A stretch of DNA of 64,000 bases, taken from assembly GCA_016197285.1 (NCBI GenBank), contig JACPWD010000019.1:37992-101991 (forward strand). The letters run 5' to 3'. Under the pieces are notes generated by a model. It searched no databases. It saw nothing but the letters and a program-made list of their open reading frames with translations, and was not told the DNA's origin. Positions within the stretch are counted from its first letter, which is position 1, and every line of letters starts with the position of its first letter. This DNA comes from Deltaproteobacteria bacterium (GTDB lineage Bacteria > Desulfobacterota > Binatia > Bin18). A program made the position numbers and the translations under genes. Shown one piece after another: positions 59,103-64,000 of the stretch.

Positions 59103-60092
59103 ATGCCGCAACGATCTCGTAACCGAGGTAAGAATTTTCAATCGTCAGACCGTCAACCACGGTTCTCGCGCGACTCGCGCGGACCAAAAGCGCGGCCTGC
59201 TAGAGCCGCTTCACCTTCGGCCGCCCTGCAAGAATTTCAAGCCCGAGTCGCGATCACCCCGAATCGTAAGATTCCTTTGGCAGGGCCGGACGCCCCTCTC
59301 ACTTTGCGGGTGCTCGACCTCATTTGCCCCATCGGCTTCGGTCAACGCGCTTTAATTTTAGCGCCGCCGCGAACCGGAAAGACGACCTTTCTGAGAGATT
59401 TATGCTTGGGCGTGACCGCTGGTGCGCCGACTGCCCTCCTGTATGCGCTCTTGGTGGATGAACGGCCGGAAGAAGTGACGGATTTTCGTCGTTCGGTGCA
59501 GGCCGAGGTATTTGCCTCTTCCAATGACCGCTCGTTAGAAGAGCATTTAGCCACGGCAGCCACATGTTTAGAGAAAGCCATCACCGAAGCGCTGACCGGG
59601 AAAGATGTTGTCATCGTGGTGGACTCCCTCACGCGCTTGTCGCGCGCCCATAACCTCAACACCAGTACTGGCCGGACCATGAGCGGTGGGATCGACGCCA
59701 ACGCTTTGGAACTGCCGAAGCGCTTCTTCGGCGCGGCACGGCAGCTGGAAAATAGCGGCTCGCTGACCATTATTGCCACCGCGCTGATCGACACTGGGAG
59801 CCGCATGGATGAAGTGATTGCGCAGGAGTTCAAAGGCACTGGGAACACGGAAGTGCTGCTGGACCGACGGCTCGCGGATCGCCGCATCTTTCCCGCGATC
59901 GATATCGCCAAATCCGGCACCCGCAAAGAAGAGCAGTTGCTCGATCCCGCCGCGCTCAAAGTCTCTCATCTGCTTCGTCGCCACTGCGCGGAGCAAACCA
60001 CAGTAGAGGCGACGAAACTCCTACTGACGTTTTTCGAGAAGACGCCGTCAAACGAGGCGTTAATCGCCGAGCTGAGCAGAGAGTCGCTCTGA
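59103..60092 (+). CDS. rho: Short transcription termination factor Rho (ATPase core only)
   Basis: PIGFGQRALILAPPRTGKT, DERPEEVTD, DSLTRL, PKRFFGAAR, EFKGTGN, SGTRKEE; no OB-fold N-domain. Confidence 0.85.
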   Translation: MPQRSRNRGKNFQSSDRQPRFSRDSRGPKARPARAASPSAALQEFQARVAITPNRKIPLAGPDAPLTLRVLDLICPIGFGQRALILAPPRTGKTTFLRDLCLGVTAGAPTALLYALLVDERPEEVTDFRRSVQAEVFASSNDRSLEEHLATAATCLEKAITEALTGKDVVIVVDSLTRLSRAHNLNTSTGRTMSGGIDANALELPKRFFGAARQLENSGSLTIIATALIDTGSRMDEVIAQEFKGTGNTEVLLDRRLADRRIFPAIDIAKSGTRKEEQLLDPAALKVSHLLRRHCAEQTTVEATKLLLTFFEKTPSNEALIAELSRESL

Positions 60093-60213
60093 GGCTGAGG
60101 GGAAAATAACGATGCAGACGGAGACTCCTATCTCGGGTGTTCGCGCGACACAGCAACAGAGGATGCACGTTGCTAAATGGAGGAACCCTTGTTACGAGAT
60201 GGAGGAATTTACT

Positions 60214-60325
60214 TGTTCCTAAATGTAGAAGCATCGCGGTTGCTACATCTAGGAACACATCGCTAGTAGTAGCAGCAGGTTGCTACTACTAGGAACAGGC
60301 TGAAGTCGTCTAATTTATGTTAGAC
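60214..60325 (+). mobile_element. attI-like region with repeats; core GTTAGAC at 60319
   Basis: GTCTAATTTATGTTAGAC simple site; repeated GGTTGCTAC..CTAGGAACA; GTTAGACGGC is the exact complement of GCCGTCTAAC at 61348-61357. Confidence 0.65.
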
Positions 60326-60357
60326 GGCTTCGTAATGAATGACCAGGAGGAGGGCGT

Positions 60358-61344
60358 GTGTTTCACGATCTGGTTGTCGCCATCCGGACGTCTCGCTCAG
60401 CATTCAGCTTTCTTGTGCTTGGTCTCCTATGCAGCGTCGCAACGATCGGGAGCGCGTGGTATCTGAATGAGGCCCTCACTCGTCTGCTGCCAGCACTGCT
60501 AGCTGAAGGTGCATTGATTTTTCTTTCGGCGCTGGTAATCGAGCGGACGCTTCTGCGCGAGTTCGATTCATCCGCCCATGAGCGGACAGAACGACTTACC
60601 GAAGATGTCACGGCGTCGATCACAACATTCTTCAAGGACAGGTTTGATGACTTCCAACTGTCCGATGAATATCAAGTCCACTTTGCGCCACCCAGGCGCT
60701 CAGGTTCAAGACATCCCCTCGAGACATATGACAAGATCGCTGAAGCAATTAGCAGAGCCAAGACATTGAGAATCTGCTGCACGTCTGGCATCGATATCTT
60801 CCCTCCGCCGAACACGATTCCGACGCCAATCGTGACAATGATTCGTAACAGAGTCCAGAGGCCCGAGACGTTCTCCATTACAGTGTTGTCGTGCGATCCG
60901 ACTGGTGAATACGCCAGAATCCGCGGCAGACTCGAGAACAAGGTGAATCCTAACTATCTTCAGCGAGATATCGAGGACTCTCAACTATGCCTGAATCAAA
61001 TAGCGTACTCGGCCAAACCCGAGTTCACCTGGCTGTGGCTCACACACCGCGCGATGCCACAGGCGTGGTTCGCTCTTACCGAAACGGATGGCTTCATCGA
61101 GATCTATCACTTTGGACTGGGACGGCGAGATCCTGGTGACGGCAACTCTTGCATCGGAGGTCGGATTCCGATTCTCCACGTCTCCGCAGGTTCTAGCCTG
61201 TGGCAAGCTATGAACGAGTATTTCGACTTCCTCGTGACGCCAAATACTGATACAGAGATAGAGAGAATCCGAACCGAGTATTTTGGAGTCACGGTCGTGC
61301 AGCAGGGCCGAGGTGCCGACGGGCAGACAACTACCGCAAGTTGA
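60358..61344 (+). CDS. Cassette gene: 2-TM protein with PLD/DUF5919-like cytosolic domain
   Basis: Two hydrophobic helices, LRICCTSG, VLSCDP.GEYA..R..LE, FIEIY. Confidence 0.65.
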   Translation: MFHDLVVAIRTSRSAFSFLVLGLLCSVATIGSAWYLNEALTRLLPALLAEGALIFLSALVIERTLLREFDSSAHERTERLTEDVTASITTFFKDRFDDFQLSDEYQVHFAPPRRSGSRHPLETYDKIAEAISRAKTLRICCTSGIDIFPPPNTIPTPIVTMIRNRVQRPETFSITVLSCDPTGEYARIRGRLENKVNPNYLQRDIEDSQLCLNQIAYSAKPEFTWLWLTHRAMPQAWFALTETDGFIEIYHFGLGRRDPGDGNSCIGGRIPILHVSAGSSLWQAMNEYFDFLVTPNTDTEIERIRTEYFGVTVVQQGRGADGQTTTAS

Positions 61345-61350
61345 GGGGCC

Positions 61351-61422
61351 GTCTAACACGCGCCTGAAGCCGGCACGCCCATCATTTCGCTGCGGCGTGC
61401 GGCTTAGGCGCAATCGTTAGCT
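61351..61422 (+). mobile_element. attC site
   Basis: GTCTAAC..GCGCCT-g-AAGCCG-g-CACGCC...GGCGTG-CGGCTT-AGGCGC..GTTAGCT. Confidence 0.9.
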
Positions 61423-61556
61423 GGTCATGAAGCAAGCTTCACCACGCAGAATGAAATAGGGACGAGCGAGCGAATTCAGGGACTTAGCCTGCTATTCCAG
61501 AGCAGGCCACTAGGACTAGATTGCACTGTAGGGTTCAAGAATCGCAAGGATGACTT

Positions 61557-62498
61557 ATGATTCCGTCGGCATTCATTTCTTATTCCTGGGACGATGACGC
61601 TCACAAGGAGTGGGTCCGCACGCTTGCCGAGCGTCTTCGCGCGGATGGCGTCGACGTCATTCTCGACAGATGGGCAACAGTCCCAGGAGATCAACTCCCT
61701 GCCTTCATGGAGGGGGCTATCCGCGAAAACCAGTTTATTGTCATTATCTGCACCCCTCGTTATAAGAGCCGCTCAGACGCACGTGAGGGTGGCGTCGGCT
61801 ACGAGGGAGACATCATGACAGCAGAAGCCATGACTTGGCAGAACAATCGCAAGTTCATTCCAGTATTGCGAAGCGGCACTTGGCCCCTAGCCGCGCCATC
61901 TTGGCTCGCCGGGAAGTACTACATCAACCTCTCGGGCAATCCCTACTCTGAGCGAGATTACGAGGACCTCGTCCGTACGTTACTGGGGATCCGCGAGACT
62001 GCGCCACCGATTGGCAAGCCGATGGCAACGGTCAATCCAAACACGAACCCACAGCCCGAAGCATCACGCCGCAGCCCTAGCGTAGACTTCGAAGACATCA
62101 AGATCATGCGCGTGATCGTCGAAGACATTACGGAGCCGCGTAACGACGGCACCCGGGGGAGTGCTCTATACGCTATTCCCTTCGCCCTTTCTCGCCGACC
62201 ACCTGCGGAATGGGCGGAGCTGTTCATAGCCAACTGGAACCATCCTCCTCGGTTTACTACGATGCCCCGGCCCGGGATCGCAAGGATTTATGGCACCACG
62301 GTGACGCTAGATGGAACGACCATCGAGGAAGTCGAGCGGTACCATCGCGATACACTCCAGTTGGCGGTCGCTGAAGCCAATCGGCAATACCGTGAGTGGC
62401 GACACAAGCAGGAGCAACTCCGTGCGCAGGAGCAGGCACAGCATGAAGAACACCAAAAACGTGTCGAGGATATCTCAAAGCGTATCAGGTTCGACTGA
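61557..62498 (+). CDS. Cassette gene: TIR/SEFIR domain protein
   Basis: AFISYSWD, WVRTLAERLRADGVDVILDRW, GGVGYE, KFIPVLR. Confidence 0.88.
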   Translation: MIPSAFISYSWDDDAHKEWVRTLAERLRADGVDVILDRWATVPGDQLPAFMEGAIRENQFIVIICTPRYKSRSDAREGGVGYEGDIMTAEAMTWQNNRKFIPVLRSGTWPLAAPSWLAGKYYINLSGNPYSERDYEDLVRTLLGIRETAPPIGKPMATVNPNTNPQPEASRRSPSVDFEDIKIMRVIVEDITEPRNDGTRGSALYAIPFALSRRPPAEWAELFIANWNHPPRFTTMPRPGIARIYGTTVTLDGTTIEEVERYHRDTLQLAVAEANRQYREWRHKQEQLRAQEQAQHEEHQKRVEDISKRIRFD

Positions 62499-62504
62499 GG
62501 CGTG

Positions 62505-62603
62505 GCCTAACGAACCGCTGCACGTGACCGCCGCCCGCTGGCGGCTTGGGATGAAGCCGAATGGTTTCGGGTGGGTGGCTCGCGGTGCGCTGGAGCGTGA
62601 TGG
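62505..62603 (+). mobile_element. Degenerate attC site
   Basis: GCCTAAC after the stop codon; 3' arm GCTCGCGGTGCGCTGGA shared with the attC at 63010; R' decayed. Confidence 0.65.
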
Positions 62604-62609
62604 TGCGGA

Positions 62610-62688
62610 GTCTGATGCTGAACTGCATTGGTATGAGGCGCATGGCATGGGCAAGAAGGAAATGAAGGTGAAAGAATTGCTGGATTGA
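62610..62688 (+). pseudogene. 3' remnant of putative TA toxin
   Basis: AELHWYEAHGMGKKEMKVK, the C-terminus of a common small gene-pair member. Confidence 0.6.
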
Positions 62689-62693
62689 ACACT

Positions 62694-62933
62694 ATGAAGA
62701 CAGAAGAAGCTCCCCCGCAGTTTGCCGTATGTATCCAGAATGCCGGCTACCCGGCTTCCTTAGAGTTGCGGAAGATTTATCAAGTGCTGCTTGATGAGAA
62801 AGCGGCCAAGCATGACCTGGTCCGGGTGATTGATGAATCAGGCGAAGATTACCTGTACCCGCAGAGGTTCTTCGTTCCTATCGAGTTGCCGCAGGCTGCA
62901 GAAGAAGCCTTCCTGCAAGGAGCCTCAGTATGA
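62694..62933 (+). CDS. Small protein, putative antitoxin partner
   Basis: FAVCIQNAGYPASLELRKIY...RVIDESGEDYLYP. Confidence 0.75.
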   Translation: MKTEEAPPQFAVCIQNAGYPASLELRKIYQVLLDEKAAKHDLVRVIDESGEDYLYPQRFFVPIELPQAAEEAFLQGASV

Positions 62934-63009
62934 ATGAGGAGGCGCAGCCGAGATCAAGAAAGATGAGAGGCAAGGCCGCAGCGTCCTGCCACCAGAGAGA
63001 ATAGAGGCG

Positions 63010-63103
63010 GCCTAACCAACCGCATGCTGGCCGCCCGCGTGTGGTTTGGAGTGAACCCGAAAAGCCGCGGTTGGGCAGCTCGCGGTGCGCTGGAACGTTG
63101 GAC
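63010..63103 (+). mobile_element. attC site (partly degenerate)
   Basis: R'' GCCTAAC ... R' GTTGGAC; same family as the sites at 62505 and 20767. Confidence 0.7.
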
Positions 63104-63272
63104 GCTATCGGTTCTATGAAGACTTTCGCCAGCTCGTATCGCCAGCAAAAGCGTTGACACGCTTGACGAAGTTTGATACTCACTGCACGCTCGAACACGG
63201 TTTTGGGCCTCCCGATCTTCAAACGATCCTCTGTCCCGAACCGAAAACAGCTTTGAACGGAGGAAGGAACCG

Positions 63273-63695
63273 ATGATGAGTAAGCGCACCCTAATTGTCG
63301 CCATTGCCGCTTCGTTGCTCTTCATAGCCTCCTGCAAACGTCAGTCGACAACCAATACAGGACTCCAGCCGAATACCATCAAAGAGTTTACTTTCCAAGG
63401 CGGAACCTTCAAGGATGGCAAGATTAATGTCGCTCCCGACATTAAGGTCGAGCCGGGGCAGGCGAAGAATACCGTTACGCTGATGCGTCCCAATGGTAAC
63501 GGGATCAAGGTAACCTGCTTTTGCGTACTCGAAGGTGGAGATTGTTGGGCCGTAAGCAACCCAATACCAGGAGGCGTTGGAGTTGGTTGCGCCTCACAAA
63601 ATTGTGCTGGAGGGGGAGAACCGTTCTGCTTCATGGACATTGGCGATGATGCGAACGGATTCAATATTCGACTCGCCGTCGCCAGCAGGCAATAA
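63273..63695 (+). CDS. Cys-rich lipoprotein (cassette gene)
   Basis: GGAGG RBS, lipobox IASC, six further Cys. Confidence 0.75.
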   Translation: MMSKRTLIVAIAASLLFIASCKRQSTTNTGLQPNTIKEFTFQGGTFKDGKINVAPDIKVEPGQAKNTVTLMRPNGNGIKVTCFCVLEGGDCWAVSNPIPGGVGVGCASQNCAGGGEPFCFMDIGDDANGFNIRLAVASRQ

Positions 63696-63727
63696 AGTGT
63701 CACAGAACTGGGAGCGGTACGACCGGG

Positions 63728-63901
63728 TCATAAACTCAGCTTGGCGGAATCCGCTCATTGGTTCTGTCAACCGTTAAAGCGGGCTTGGGATTTCGGACGG
63801 CGTGATCCCCTGGTTACGCTCGCTGCGCTCACTCACCCGCAGCTATTATCTGTCGCCGCTTCGCGGCTCGTCGATGCCAACAAACCAAGTTGAGTTTATG
63901 A
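63728..63901. repeat. MITE/REPIN-like element with 17-bp terminal inverted repeats
   Basis: TCATAAACTCAGCTTGG ... CCAAGTTGAGTTTATGA. Confidence 0.7.
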
Positions 63902-63941
63902 TTGCGTCGGTTCGGCTTATCTAAGGAAATGTTGCTCACCT

Positions 63942-64000
63942 ATGCGCGTGCTGCTTGACGAATGGGTCTCGCGTCCCCTGAGACGAGAACTGCCTGGGCA
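63942..64000 (+). CDS. DUF5615 PIN-like toxin, 5' part
   Basis: MRVLLDEWVSRPLRRELPG..., runs off the window. Confidence 0.6.
   Translation, partial: MRVLLDEWVSRPLRRELPG

Noticed and set aside
60095..60135. Minus-strand SLRLHRYF as a second intI remnant beside the attI-like site
   Set aside because: Position is suggestive but the match is too short to support
60214..60297. Repeats as a second CRISPR array
   Set aside because: Units are short, overlap palindromes and lack repeat-spacer periodicity; they fit an attI region better

Overview
GC-rich bacterial chromosomal window. Gene content suggests a Gram-negative deltaproteobacteria-like or Binatota-like organism (inference). No rRNA, tRNA, cas or intact integrase genes are visible. 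From left to right: a sigma54-driven porin-PII-GAF kinase nitrogen operon; glnE-S1-pepP; small metabolic genes; a MoxR/DUF58/VWA operon interrupted by a restriction-modification pair that carries integron-cassette (attC) hallmarks; a relic integron; a sigma54 stress/anoxia island (NtrC-type activator, 2 USP, FocA, cupin, Hsp20, COG2403/ArcE-like + carbamate kinase, FixL-like kinases); a class III cyclase divergent from an MMPL transporter fused to a cNMP-binding domain; thiolase; uppP; a candidate anti-SD sRNA; CocE; an orphan one-spacer CRISPR mini-array; phoA; an exported CDT-chorismate mutase fusion; a 20-aa histone-H1-like micropeptide with a structured leader; a Rho lacking its RNA-binding domain; and an integrase-less cassette array (2TM protein, TIR/SEFIR protein, TA remnants, lipoprotein). 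All family calls come from motif recognition by eye, not from database searches.
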